Below are positions 9,890-20,031 of a stretch of 55,774 nucleotides of DNA, in pieces; within the stretch, counting starts at the first letter, position 1; every line of letters begins with the position of its first letter. The stretch is from Candidatus Ornithomonoglobus sp. (lineage in GTDB: Bacteria > Bacillota > Clostridia > UBA1381): assembly GCA_045539555.1 (NCBI GenBank), contig JAZQFP010000019.1, positions 1 through 55,774 of the forward strand, read 5' to 3'. The notes beneath the pieces were generated by a model. The model searched no databases, was not told where the DNA came from, and worked only from the letters and a program-made list of their open reading frames with translations. Made by a program: the position numbers and the translations under genes.

Positions 9890-12367
9890 TTATTTAATAG
9901 GTGTCAAGTGCCAGATTTCATCATTGTACTGACTAATTGTACGGTCTGATGAGAAGAAACCTGCCATTGCAGTGTTCATAATCTGCTTTGCAATCCATGA
10001 CTTGCGGTCCTGATAGTCCTTTGAAATCTGCTCATGTGTATGCATATATGCCTCAAAATCACGAAGTACCATATATGTGTCAGCATAGCCGTAATCACCA
10101 AACAATAATGTGTTATACAAGTCCATAAAGATGTTTGTATTACCAGGAACAATGCTGCCGTTAATAAGCTGCTCCAACGCACCTCTCAGGTGTGCATTTG
10201 TAGCGTAGATGTTCTTAACCTCATCGTTAGTGTTAAGGCGAAGTCTTGCATCAACCTCATCTGAACGCAAACCGAAGATGTAAATATTATCATCGCCAAC
10301 CTGCTCATACATCTCAACGTTTGCACCGTCCATTGTACCGATTGTAACGGCACCATTAAGCATAAACTTCATATTACCTGTACCTGATGCTTCCTTACCT
10401 GCTGTTGAAATCTGCTCTGATACATCTGCCGCAGTTACAAGCTTTTCAGCTATTGATACGCCGTAGTTCTCTACAAATATTACTTTAATCTTGTCGTTAA
10501 TACGGGTATCATTATTTATCATATCACCAACTGAGTTAATAAGCTTGATAATAAGCTTTGCTTTCTTATAATCAGGAGCTGTCTTTGCACCAAAGATGTA
10601 TGTCTTGGGATAATAATTCTCTGCATAGGCGGGTTCTGTCAAAATTCTGTTATACTCAACAAGAATATGAAGAATATTCATCATCTGACGCTTGTACTCG
10701 TGAAGTCTCTTACACTGAATATCAAAGATAGAATCGGGGTTAATCTTAACACCATTATGCTCTAAGACATAATCTGCAACAACCTGCTTATTCTTACGCT
10801 TAATTGCGTCGTACTTCTTCTGGAAATCTTCGTCATTTGCAAACTTTGCAAGACCCTGTAATTTGTCTGCATCCTTTAACCAGCCTTTGCCTATTGTTGA
10901 ATCAATAAGCTTAGTAAGCTCAGGGTTACAGTTTGCTATCCAGCGACGGAACGTAATACCGTTTGTAATTGCATGGAAACGGTCCTTATCCATCATATAG
11001 TAATCTTTGAAAATATCCTGCTTCAAGATATCTGTGTGTAGCTTTGAAACGCCGTTTACTGCAAATACACTTGCAAGACATGTATTAGCCATTGAAACCT
11101 GACCGTTTGCAAGAATAGCCATATAATCATGCTTACCCTTATCACCTGGGTAGAACGCTTCTACTCTCTCCATAAGGCGTCTGTTCATTTCCTCTAAAAT
11201 CATATAAAGACGGGGAACAACGCGCTGGAACATATCCTGAGGCCATTTTTCAAGAGCTTCACTCATTACTGTATGGTTAGTGTATGCAAATACATGAGTT
11301 ACTATCTCCCATGCCTCTTCCCAGCCAAGACCCTTCTCATCCATAAGAATTCTCATAAGCTCGGGAATTGCCATTGTGGGATGAGTATCGTTAATATGTA
11401 TAACGATTTTCTCAGGTAGTAATGACCAGTTTGCACCGTTTCTCTGCTCAAATTCCTTTAATATCCACTGTAATGTCGCTGATACCAAGAAATACTGCTG
11501 CTTCAAACGAAGCTCCTTACCCTCTATATGATTATCTTCGGGATAAAGTACCTTTGAAATAACAGATGCAAGTTCTTTCTCCTCGATTGCACGTGAATAA
11601 TCACCAGCATTAAATGCATGCATATTAAAGTCAGATGATGACTGTGCATCCCATAATCTTAGCTTATTTACAATCTTTGAATCATAACCGCATAAGGGTA
11701 CATCATAAGGAACTGCAAGAACTGTTCTCTCATTTGAGTATGAAATCTTCATCTTGCCGTCTTCCCAATATGTGTTAACCTGACCGCCAAATGATACCTT
11801 AACAGCCTCCTCAGGACGGGCAACCTCCCATGCATTACCATGTTCAAGCCATGTATCAGGTAACTCTGTCTGGTAACCGTCAACAATCTTCTGGCGGAAC
11901 AGACCGTACTCATATCTTAGAGTACAACCATAAGCGGGTAGGTCAAGTGTTGTAAGTGAATCAATGAAACATGCGGCAAGACGGCCAAGACCGCCGTTAC
12001 CAAGTCCTGCATCGTTTTCAAGCTCTGCAACATCCTGTAATGAATAACCTAAATCGTTAAGGACTGCCTCGTAGTCCTTTGTCTGCATAAGATTTAGTAC
12101 GTTTGTGCAAAGCAGTCTTCCCATAAGGAACTCAAATGAAAGATAGTATAGCTTCTTTGAGCCCTCTTTCTTTACCTCACGGTGTGATTTTGCCCACTTC
12201 TCCATAATCTTATCGCGGACTGTCAAGGCACACGCTGCATAAACCATATGGGGTGTTGCCTCTTCAAGCACTTTACCGAAATGTCTGTTAATCTTTCCGA
12301 TAATCTCGCTTTTAAGCGCTTCCTGCTTAGCAGTAAGCTTCTTTGTTGCTGTCTTCTTTTCTGCCAT
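9890..12367 (-). CDS. glgP: Glycogen/alpha-glucan phosphorylase
   Basis: 825 aa. LGNGGLGRLAAC and the PLP-lysine region EASGTGNMKFMLNGA. Confidence 0.95.
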   Translation of the reverse strand: MAEKKTATKKLTAKQEALKSEIIGKINRHFGKVLEEATPHMVYAACALTVRDKIMEKWAKSHREVKKEGSKKLYYLSFEFLMGRLLCTNVLNLMQTKDYEAVLNDLGYSLQDVAELENDAGLGNGGLGRLAACFIDSLTTLDLPAYGCTLRYEYGLFRQKIVDGYQTELPDTWLEHGNAWEVARPEEAVKVSFGGQVNTYWEDGKMKISYSNERTVLAVPYDVPLCGYDSKIVNKLRLWDAQSSSDFNMHAFNAGDYSRAIEEKELASVISKVLYPEDNHIEGKELRLKQQYFLVSATLQWILKEFEQRNGANWSLLPEKIVIHINDTHPTMAIPELMRILMDEKGLGWEEAWEIVTHVFAYTNHTVMSEALEKWPQDMFQRVVPRLYMILEEMNRRLMERVEAFYPGDKGKHDYMAILANGQVSMANTCLASVFAVNGVSKLHTDILKQDIFKDYYMMDKDRFHAITNGITFRRWIANCNPELTKLIDSTIGKGWLKDADKLQGLAKFANDEDFQKKYDAIKRKNKQVVADYVLEHNGVKINPDSIFDIQCKRLHEYKRQMMNILHILVEYNRILTEPAYAENYYPKTYIFGAKTAPDYKKAKLIIKLINSVGDMINNDTRINDKIKVIFVENYGVSIAEKLVTAADVSEQISTAGKEASGTGNMKFMLNGAVTIGTMDGANVEMYEQVGDDNIYIFGLRSDEVDARLRLNTNDEVKNIYATNAHLRGALEQLINGSIVPGNTNIFMDLYNTLLFGDYGYADTYMVLRDFEAYMHTHEQISKDYQDRKSWIAKQIMNTAMAGFFSSDRTISQYNDEIWHLTPIK

Positions 12368-12423
12368 TATATATCCTCTTTTCCTTCGCCTGATATATCA
12401 GGCAATTTATCTATTAAAACAGA

Positions 12424-14109
12424 TTATTTTTTATCTGTTTTTGTCTTGGTTTTTGAAGCCACGGGCTTCTTTGCTGCTGCCTTCTTTGCAGGAGCTTTCT
12501 TTTCTTCCTTGAACGGATCCTCAACTTTCACAATTTCAGGCTCCTTGGCAACGGCTACTGCTGTTTTCTCTGACGCCTCAAAATCTTTGCGGATGGTCTC
12601 CTCAAAGTCAGGCTTCTTCTCTGCCTTTTTTGCGGGGGCTTTCTTTGGTGCAGGTTTTTGAGGTCTTTCCATGCCTGTTATCTCGCAGTACATATCAATG
12701 TATTTCTCTGCTGATACATTCCATGAATAGTCTGCCTCCATTGCCTGTTTCTGCAATTTATACCATGCATCCTTGTTATTGTAGTATACATCCATTGCCC
12801 TATAAATACATCCAAGCATTTCGTCTGCATTATAGTTTGCAAATGAGAAACCATAGCCCTCGCCTGTGTACTGGTTATAAGGAATAACTGTATCCTTTAA
12901 GCCACCCGTCTCCCGAACAATGGGTAATGTACCATACTTCATTGAGATAATCTGTGATAAACCGCAAGGCTCAAATGCTGACGGCATTAAGAATGCATCA
13001 CATGAAGCATATATCTTATGAGACATCTCATTTGAATATGTTATCCACGCCGCAAAGGTCTCGGGGTATTTCCATGAGTAATGACGGAACAAGTTCTCGT
13101 ACTTCTCATCGCCTGTGCCAAGCACTACTACCTGACATCCGCCACAGTTACATAACTCTTCAAGCTTGTATGCAATAAGGTCAAAGCCTTTCTGGTCAGT
13201 TAATCGTGATACGATACCAATAAGCATCTTGTCAGGATCTTCGGGAAGTCCTACCTCTCGCTGTAAAGCTGCCTTATTGGCTGCTTTGCCAGACTTGTAT
13301 GTTCTTGTTGTAAATTTCTTTACAATAAACTCATCCTTTGCAGGATTCCAGTCATCGTATGAGATACCATTTAATATGCCGACAACATCATTGTTTCTTG
13401 CACGCATAAGAGCATCGAGGCCCTCTCCATAATGAGGCGTCTTTATCTCTTCTGCATAAGTGTCAGATACTGTTGAAATCTTGTTAGCATAAACAAGTCC
13501 GCCTTTTAGAAGGTTGGCGTCCTCGTAATATTCAAGCTTATCAGGTGTAAAGTAATAATCGGAAATTCCCATTGCGTCCTTAATGCCCTTAAAGTCCCAA
13601 CGACCCTGGAATTTCAGGTTGTGAATTGTAACAACAGTCTTTATTCCCTGATAGAACGGGTTGTTCTGGAATGTGTCTAAAAATACAGGAATTGCACCTG
13701 TCTGCCAGTCGTTACAGTTAATTACATCAGGACGGAACCCGATTGTAGGTAGTATTGACAATGCTGCTTTTGAGAAGAATATAAACTTCTCACAATCAAG
13801 GTGGATATGATCATAGGGCTTATCGCCGCCAAAATAGAACTTATTGTCAATAAAATAATATGTTACGTTGTTATATTTAAGCTCAAAAATACCGCAGTAC
13901 TGCTTACGCCATGCCACATCAATATAGATGTTATCTATATACTTCATCTGGTCTTTGAACTTCTGGGGAATACAGTTGTATAGCGGAAGAATAACTCTCG
14001 CATCTACATTCTTCTCCACTAACGCCTGAGGAAGTGATCCTACTACGTCGCCCAGTCCGCCTGTCTTTACAAAAGGCGCACACTCGGATGTTGCAAATAA
14101 TATGTTCAT
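12424..14109 (-). CDS. glgA: Glycogen synthase (ADP-glucose type, GT5) with an ~82-aa Lys/Ala/Pro-rich C-terminal extension
   Basis: Starts MNILFATSECAPFVKTGGLGDV. Contains EPCGLSQ. The catalytic body ends near aa 479, followed by MERPQKPAPKKAPAKKAEKK...KKAPAKKAAAKKPVASKTKTKTDKK. Confidence 0.93.
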   Translation of the reverse strand: MNILFATSECAPFVKTGGLGDVVGSLPQALVEKNVDARVILPLYNCIPQKFKDQMKYIDNIYIDVAWRKQYCGIFELKYNNVTYYFIDNKFYFGGDKPYDHIHLDCEKFIFFSKAALSILPTIGFRPDVINCNDWQTGAIPVFLDTFQNNPFYQGIKTVVTIHNLKFQGRWDFKGIKDAMGISDYYFTPDKLEYYEDANLLKGGLVYANKISTVSDTYAEEIKTPHYGEGLDALMRARNNDVVGILNGISYDDWNPAKDEFIVKKFTTRTYKSGKAANKAALQREVGLPEDPDKMLIGIVSRLTDQKGFDLIAYKLEELCNCGGCQVVVLGTGDEKYENLFRHYSWKYPETFAAWITYSNEMSHKIYASCDAFLMPSAFEPCGLSQIISMKYGTLPIVRETGGLKDTVIPYNQYTGEGYGFSFANYNADEMLGCIYRAMDVYYNNKDAWYKLQKQAMEADYSWNVSAEKYIDMYCEITGMERPQKPAPKKAPAKKAEKKPDFEETIRKDFEASEKTAVAVAKEPEIVKVEDPFKEEKKAPAKKAAAKKPVASKTKTKTDKK

Positions 14110-14275
14110 AAAATCCTCCTTGCCAAATTCACCTTAGCATACATTACAACATTATAATTTTACTACTTTTAATGGTTTTTGTCAATTAAAGGGGGTAAAA
14201 ACAGTTGTTTTTTACTATTAACTCCTTTAATTTATCCTACTTATTATATACATTTTATAATAAAATAAGACTAAG

Positions 14276-14300
14276 AGAGCCTATCCACAGGACAGGCTCT
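14276..14300 (-). terminator. Hairpin downstream of glgD (possible partial terminator separating glgBCD from glgA-glgP-GH13)
   Basis: AGAGCCT...AGGCTCT stem. The T-run is strong on the plus strand and only T-rich on the minus strand. A 165-nt AT-rich spacer precedes glgA. Confidence 0.45.
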
Positions 14301-14308
14301 TTTTATTT

Positions 14309-15427
14309 TTATATAATTGTTCCCTTTGAGATTGCCAGAGGATAGCTTTCCTGGCCAAGAAGCTTTCTGCCCTTAGTGATAACTACTTCCTTGTCAAATA
14401 CAACGTGATTAACCTCAACGCCTTCTTCAACAACGCTATCCTGCATAATGATTGAGTTGCGGACAACCGCACCCTTTTCAACTCTTACACCGCGTGAAAG
14501 AATTGAATTTTCAACCGTACCCTCAATCACACAACCGTCTGAAATGAAGCTGTTCTTACATACTGCCTCATCACCGTACTTTGTGGGGCTCTGGTCCTTT
14601 GTCTTTGTGTAAATAGGACGCTCACGGTTAAAGAACTCTGCTCTTCTGTCAGCTTTTAAGAACTCCATACTTGTCTGGTAATATGACTTCATTGAGTCCA
14701 CCTTATAGAAGTGTCCCTCAAACTCGTATGCATACATTCTAAGACCATCCATTTTCTTAATGATTGCATCCTTAACAAAATCTATGTCCCCTCTTGCAGA
14801 ACACTCATCTACAACGCTTTCAAGCAATGCCTTTTCCATTACGAATATTTCAAGACAGGCATTTGTTGTCTTTGGATAGAAAGGCTGTACCTCAATATCC
14901 TTTATTGCGCCGTCTTTGTCAATGTCAAGCAAAGCATAATGTGATAAATCTGCATCCTCTGTACCGTTGATATTTTTGTAAATCATTGTAACATCGGCCT
15001 GTTTTTCAATATGCGCATCAATAACTTTATCAAAGTCAATATTATAAACCATATTTCCCAATGACAATATTACATATGTCTGTGGGCTACGGTGAATGTA
15101 ATCACGAATACCTGCTAACAAGTCAATATTGCCTTTGATTACGCCATACTGTTTGTTTTCAAGGTTAGGAGGCAATATGTTAAGTCCACTGTCTTTACGG
15201 TCCAAATCCCAGGGCTTGCCTGACTTTGTATGGTCCATAAGAGATGAATAGTTGGACTCTGTCGCAATACCTATATTTGTAATTCCTGCGTTTGCCATAT
15301 TTGACAAAACAAAATCTATAATTCTATATCTTCCGGCAATGGGAAGTGCGCTATTTGCTCTTATGTCAGTAAGAGGCGCTATCTTTTCGTCGCCGGTAAG
15401 AATAATACCCATAGTATCATTTCTCAT
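14309..15427 (-). CDS. glgD: Glucose-1-phosphate adenylyltransferase regulatory subunit GlgD
   Basis: 372 aa. GlgC paralog lacking the GGxGxRL loop (has LTDIRANSALPIAGRYRIIDFVLSNM). Sits directly after glgC, as in Firmicutes. Confidence 0.88.
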   Translation of the reverse strand: MRNDTMGIILTGDEKIAPLTDIRANSALPIAGRYRIIDFVLSNMANAGITNIGIATESNYSSLMDHTKSGKPWDLDRKDSGLNILPPNLENKQYGVIKGNIDLLAGIRDYIHRSPQTYVILSLGNMVYNIDFDKVIDAHIEKQADVTMIYKNINGTEDADLSHYALLDIDKDGAIKDIEVQPFYPKTTNACLEIFVMEKALLESVVDECSARGDIDFVKDAIIKKMDGLRMYAYEFEGHFYKVDSMKSYYQTSMEFLKADRRAEFFNRERPIYTKTKDQSPTKYGDEAVCKNSFISDGCVIEGTVENSILSRGVRVEKGAVVRNSIIMQDSVVEEGVEVNHVVFDKEVVITKGRKLLGQESYPLAISKGTII

Positions 15428-15464
15428 TTTATATTCATTCCTTTCAAGTTATAAGTCTTAATGT

Positions 15465-16670
15465 TTACGCCTGTACCATTGATTCCTTAGGTATATCTGC
15501 GCCGTCTGCTACCTTTGCGCCACCCTCAACAAGAACAATGCCGTGTGTGCAATATTCTGACTTATAGGGATTAGCATCTGTTGCATCACTTACGCCTACC
15601 TTTGCGCCTTCACCAATAATTGACTCTGTGCCAATAACTGACTTTTCAATTACTGCACCGTCGCCAATAACTGCGCCTGGCATAATTACTGAATCTTTTA
15701 CAACTGCATTCTTTCCGACCTTAACTCCGCTGAATATGACTGAATGGTCAACCTCACCGTCAATGTCGCATCCCTCGGTTATTGTTGACTGTGTTATCTT
15801 TGCATTCTCTCCCACAAAATGAGGCATCAATGCATAATTTCTTGAATAGATAACCCATTTTCTGTCCCCCAAATCAAACTTGGGCGGATTGTCGATAAGG
15901 TCCATATTCGCTTCCCACAATGACTGGATAGTACCTACATCCTTCCAGTATCCCTCAAAGCGATATGCCATCATCTTTTCGCCGTCTGCCAACATCTTGG
16001 GAATAATGTTTTTACCAAAGTCATTTGATGACTCAGGGTCTCTCTCATCATCTGTAAGATACTTTTTAAGCACCTCATACTTGAAGATATAAACACCCAT
16101 TGATGCAAGATTGCTCTTGGGGTTTGCGGGTTTCTCTTCAAATTCGATTATCTGTCCCTCTTCATTAGTGTTCATAATACCAAATCGCTTTGCTTCTTCC
16201 CAGTCAACAGGCATTACTGCGATAGTAACTGCTGCATCTGCGGCAACATGAGCTTTAAGCATCTTGCCGTAGTCCATCTTATAAATATGGTCTCCTGAAA
16301 GAATAAGAACATTCTCAGGGTTAAAACCATCAAGGAAGCTCAGGTTCTGGTAAATAGCATTAGCTGTACCCTTATACCACTCACCTGTTGCACCGCTCTG
16401 GTATGGCGGAAGAACAAACGCTCCGCCTCGTGAACGGTCAAGATCCCATGGGTTACCATTACCAATATATGTATTCAGCTCAAGAGGCTGATACTGTGTC
16501 AAAACACCTACTGTATCAATTCCTGAGTGAATGCAGTTTGATAGAGGGAAGTCAATAATTCTGTACTTTCCTCCAAAGGGTACTGCAGGTTTTGCCACAT
16601 TCTTTGTCAATGCGCCAAGTCTTGAACCCTGACCTCCGGCAAGTATCATTGCAACACATTTCTTTGCCAT
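15465..16670 (-). CDS. glgC: Glucose-1-phosphate adenylyltransferase
   Basis: [31 protein letters not shown], and a C-terminal left-handed beta-helix region. Confidence 0.95.
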   Translation of the reverse strand: MAKKCVAMILAGGQGSRLGALTKNVAKPAVPFGGKYRIIDFPLSNCIHSGIDTVGVLTQYQPLELNTYIGNGNPWDLDRSRGGAFVLPPYQSGATGEWYKGTANAIYQNLSFLDGFNPENVLILSGDHIYKMDYGKMLKAHVAADAAVTIAVMPVDWEEAKRFGIMNTNEEGQIIEFEEKPANPKSNLASMGVYIFKYEVLKKYLTDDERDPESSNDFGKNIIPKMLADGEKMMAYRFEGYWKDVGTIQSLWEANMDLIDNPPKFDLGDRKWVIYSRNYALMPHFVGENAKITQSTITEGCDIDGEVDHSVIFSGVKVGKNAVVKDSVIMPGAVIGDGAVIEKSVIGTESIIGEGAKVGVSDATDANPYKSEYCTHGIVLVEGGAKVADGADIPKESMVQA

Positions 16671-16686
16671 GTTTAATCATCTCCTA

Positions 16687-18591
16687 TTATTTCTTTCTTT
16701 TTAATACTATCGCGCTGTTGCCGTCTATGGGAAGTGTAATGGTGTATTCCATATCACTAAACGGCTCTTTTTTTGCTATATAGGTCATTTTGTTTATTTT
16801 TCTGTCCCCACCAAATTCTGTTGAGTTGGAGTGAAGAACGACCTCGTATTCTCCGCCATTAGGAACCCCAAGCTTATATGTCCCACGGTCTATGGCAGTA
16901 AAGTTTGCCGCAACGACTACTATGTCCTCGGGCTTTTTACCTTTTCTGATGTAGGAAACAACTGAGTTTTCGTTGTCGGCTTCGTTTATCCACCTGAACC
17001 CTTCCCAGCTTTGTTCAAGTTCCCACAAGGCTTTATTTCCCTTATAAAACGCATTAAGCGCTTTAACATATTTGTGTAAATTCTTATGGGCATCAAGTTC
17101 TAATACATTCCATTCAAGCTGATCATCATATCGCCATTCAAGGAATTGTCCTATCTCTCCACCCATAAACATAAGTTTCTTGCCAGGCATTGTCATATAG
17201 TAAGTTAAAAATGTCTTATAGGCATTAAACTTATCCTCATAAGTTCCAAACATTTTATCAAGCAGTGATTTCTTTCCGTGAACAACCTCATCGTGAGACA
17301 AGGGCAGAATGAAATTCTCTGAAAATGCATACATCATAAGGAAAGTAAGCAACGAATGATTGTCTTTCCTGAAATACGGGTCCATTGAAACATATCTCAA
17401 CGTATCGTTCATCCAGCCCATATTCCATTTGAAATGGAAGCCCAATCCGTCATTCTCTGGTGGTGCTGTAACTAACGGCCATGCCGTAGATTCCTCTGCA
17501 ACCATTATAAATCCTGGTTTTTCCGTTCCCATTGTGATGTTTATGCGTTTTAGAAGCTCAACCGCCTCTAAGTTGCCATTACCGCCGTACTTATTAGCGA
17601 CCCATTCACCATCATTTCGGGAATAGTCTCGGTATAACATTGACGATACCGCATCGACACGAAGTCCGTCGATATGGTACTCCTCCGCCCAGAAATACGC
17701 CGATGACATAAGGAAGGATATTACCTCACCCTTGGCAAAGTCAAACACCATCGTTCCCCAGTCTTTATGCTCTCCCTCTCGCCAGTCTGCATATTCATAA
17801 CACGGCGTTCCGTCAAACATTCTGAGTCCATGTCCGTCTCGGGGGAAATGAGCAGGTACCCAGTCCATAATAACACTTATTCCTGCACTGTGGCATTTAT
17901 CAATGAGTTTTTTAAGTTGTTCAGGTGTTCCGTATCGGGATGTCGCCGCGAAATAACCTGTTACCTGATATCCCCATGAGCCGTCAAACGGAAACTCCGT
18001 AAGGGGCATAAGCTCTAAATGAGTATAACCCATTTCCACAAGGTAAGGAACAAGCTCATCCGCTACCTCTTCATAATTGTAGAAGCTACCGTCCTCATGA
18101 ATTCTCCACGAGCCAATGTTACACTCATAAATATTCATAGGAGAATGGATATTGTCCTTTTTGCTCCTGCTTTCCATCCATTTCTTATCAGTCCATTTAT
18201 AAGGCGCTTCACCGTATACCACCGATGCCGTTCCTGGTCGAAGCTCTGCGTGTCTTGCATAGGGGTCTGCTCTCATAAATGTTTCGCCATCGGGTGCAGT
18301 TATTGCATATTTGTAATAATCACCACGGTTAAAGTCTGAGAAAAAGCCTATCCAGATACCCGTTTGGCCAAAGGGCATAAGGTCCTTTCCCTCGCCTGTC
18401 CATTCGTTTTTATCACAAGCTACTTTTACTGATCTCGCATTAGGTGCCCACACGGCAAATCTCCATCCGTCATAGCCATCAAAATGCGCTTTATGACACC
18501 CCAGGAATTCGTACGATCTGAAATTGTTGCCTGAGTTAAACAAGTATGCTTGAAAATCGCTTACCCCGTACAACTCCTTAGTGTTGTCCAT
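16687..18591 (-). CDS. glgB: 1,4-alpha-glucan branching enzyme
   Basis: GH13 branching-enzyme motifs (DWVPAHF, GLRVDAVSSM, AEESTAWP, SHDEVVHGK). ATG 18591 lies 8 nt behind GAGGTG. The 19 extra N-terminal codons in the track ORF (to 18648) lack an RBS. Confidence 0.93.
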   Translation of the reverse strand: MDNTKELYGVSDFQAYLFNSGNNFRSYEFLGCHKAHFDGYDGWRFAVWAPNARSVKVACDKNEWTGEGKDLMPFGQTGIWIGFFSDFNRGDYYKYAITAPDGETFMRADPYARHAELRPGTASVVYGEAPYKWTDKKWMESRSKKDNIHSPMNIYECNIGSWRIHEDGSFYNYEEVADELVPYLVEMGYTHLELMPLTEFPFDGSWGYQVTGYFAATSRYGTPEQLKKLIDKCHSAGISVIMDWVPAHFPRDGHGLRMFDGTPCYEYADWREGEHKDWGTMVFDFAKGEVISFLMSSAYFWAEEYHIDGLRVDAVSSMLYRDYSRNDGEWVANKYGGNGNLEAVELLKRINITMGTEKPGFIMVAEESTAWPLVTAPPENDGLGFHFKWNMGWMNDTLRYVSMDPYFRKDNHSLLTFLMMYAFSENFILPLSHDEVVHGKKSLLDKMFGTYEDKFNAYKTFLTYYMTMPGKKLMFMGGEIGQFLEWRYDDQLEWNVLELDAHKNLHKYVKALNAFYKGNKALWELEQSWEGFRWINEADNENSVVSYIRKGKKPEDIVVVAANFTAIDRGTYKLGVPNGGEYEVVLHSNSTEFGGDRKINKMTYIAKKEPFSDMEYTITLPIDGNSAIVLKRKK

Positions 18592-18763
18592 CCGTTTTTC
18601 ACCTCTTTTGTTGCTTTGAATACTTAATATAGAGATAACAGTAACCACTCTATATTATAATTTGTTATCCATCATTATATCACATTTAAGTTTGTGAGTA
18701 AATACCATAATTGAATAAAAATATACCGTTTTTTTATACATTTTTACCAAAAATAACTTTTTA

Positions 18764-18792
18764 TTGCAATTTATTCCTATTTATGCTATTAT
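18764..18792 (+). promoter_or_regulatory. SigA-type promoter for the serine hydrolase gene
   Basis: TTGCAA, 17-nt spacer, TATTAT. Confidence 0.5.
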
Positions 18793-18825
18793 TGTTTGTG
18801 AAAAACAATGGGAGAGGTAATTAAA

Positions 18826-19995
18826 ATGGACTTTTCAAAGGTTAAAGAATTTATGGACTTTATGGCAGAAGAGCACACAGTCGGAAACTCAATCTGCATA
18901 TATAAAGATAATGCCAAAGTTTTTGAATATTCATCAGGATATAGCGATATGGAAAACCAGACTCCTCTTACAGGGAATGAAATGTTTTATATATACTCCT
19001 GTTCAAAGGTTGCAACAGTAACGGCAATGCTCCAACTTGTTGAGTCTGGAAAAATACGCCTTTCTGACCCTGTGTCAATGTATATTCCTGAATATGAAAC
19101 AATGTATATAAAGAAAGATAACGGGGAGATTGTAAAGGCTACAACTCCCATTACCATTGAACATCTTTTCTCAATGACTGCTGGACTTACATATAATTTC
19201 AGCGACGAAGCATTTGAAAAGGCAAAAACGCTTACCGACGGGCATTTTGATACCCTTACAACAATAAAATGCCTTGCAGAGACACCCCTTATATATAACC
19301 CTGGCGAAGGATGGGGGTATAGTCTGGCTCACGATGTTCTTGCAGCAGTAATCGAAGTTGTTACGGGTAAAAAGTTTAGTCAGTATATGGAAGAAAATAT
19401 TTTTGCTCCCCTTGAAATCGAGGCAGGATACGACTGTGATAAATACAAAGATGACCTTGCCCAATTATACGAATTTATTCCTCTTAGCGGCAAAATAGAA
19501 GATTTAATAGAAGCACAGAAGAAAAATGATTCTATTGAGGGCAACTTCGTAAATATGAACAAGAAAAACTGGCTTGTCTATGGCGACAGATACGAAAGCG
19601 GAGGCGCAGGAATTATAACAAAAGTTAACAGCTACGCAAAACTGGCTTCTGCCCTTGCCAATAATGGTGTTGGTCCGAACGGCGCAAGAATTCTTAAATC
19701 TGATACCATCAAGCTTATGTGTACAAACAGGTTTCCTTATGAAGATCTGGGTTGCTATGGTTGGACACACCTTGCAGGTTACGGTTACGGTTTAGGCGTC
19801 CGTGTTCATTTAGATAATGAAAAATCGGGCTCTCTAAGTAACATAGGCGAATTTGGCTGGTGTGGCGCGGCAGGGGCTGCATTAATCGCAGATCCCAAGG
19901 CTAAACTTGGTGTATTCTACGCCCAGCATACCCTTAACCCCCGCGAAAACTATTATTTCCCTCGCCTTAAAGATGCAATCTATAAATGTATATAA
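18826..19995 (+). CDS. Serine hydrolase, beta-lactamase/transpeptidase fold (class C / EstB-like)
   Basis: S-x-x-K motif in YSCSKVATV. No signal peptide. ATG 18826 follows GGAGAGG; the track start is 18808. Confidence 0.75.
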   Translation: MDFSKVKEFMDFMAEEHTVGNSICIYKDNAKVFEYSSGYSDMENQTPLTGNEMFYIYSCSKVATVTAMLQLVESGKIRLSDPVSMYIPEYETMYIKKDNGEIVKATTPITIEHLFSMTAGLTYNFSDEAFEKAKTLTDGHFDTLTTIKCLAETPLIYNPGEGWGYSLAHDVLAAVIEVVTGKKFSQYMEENIFAPLEIEAGYDCDKYKDDLAQLYEFIPLSGKIEDLIEAQKKNDSIEGNFVNMNKKNWLVYGDRYESGGAGIITKVNSYAKLASALANNGVGPNGARILKSDTIKLMCTNRFPYEDLGCYGWTHLAGYGYGLGVRVHLDNEKSGSLSNIGEFGWCGAAGAALIADPKAKLGVFYAQHTLNPRENYYFPRLKDAIYKCI

Positions 19996-19996
19996 T

Positions 19997-20031
19997 AAAA
20001 GGCTATCGCTTTTGCGATAGCCTTTATTTTT
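19997..20031. terminator. Bidirectional terminator between convergent genes
   Basis: AAAAGGCTATCGC-TTTT-GCGATAGCCTTTATTTTT: a 9-bp perfect stem. Confidence 0.85.

Noticed and set aside
12248-12661. 137-aa plus-strand ORF with Phe/Ala/Ser repeats
   Set aside because: It is the reverse-complement shadow of the Lys/Ala-rich GlgA tail and the glgP start (AAG/GCA repeats read backwards). It is not an independent gene.
12427-12672. Treating the GlgA tail as a separate small gene, since it begins with an in-frame Met
   Set aside because: No stop codon separates it from the catalytic domain, and no RBS precedes the Met. It remains possible that a sequencing indel removed a stop (see finding).
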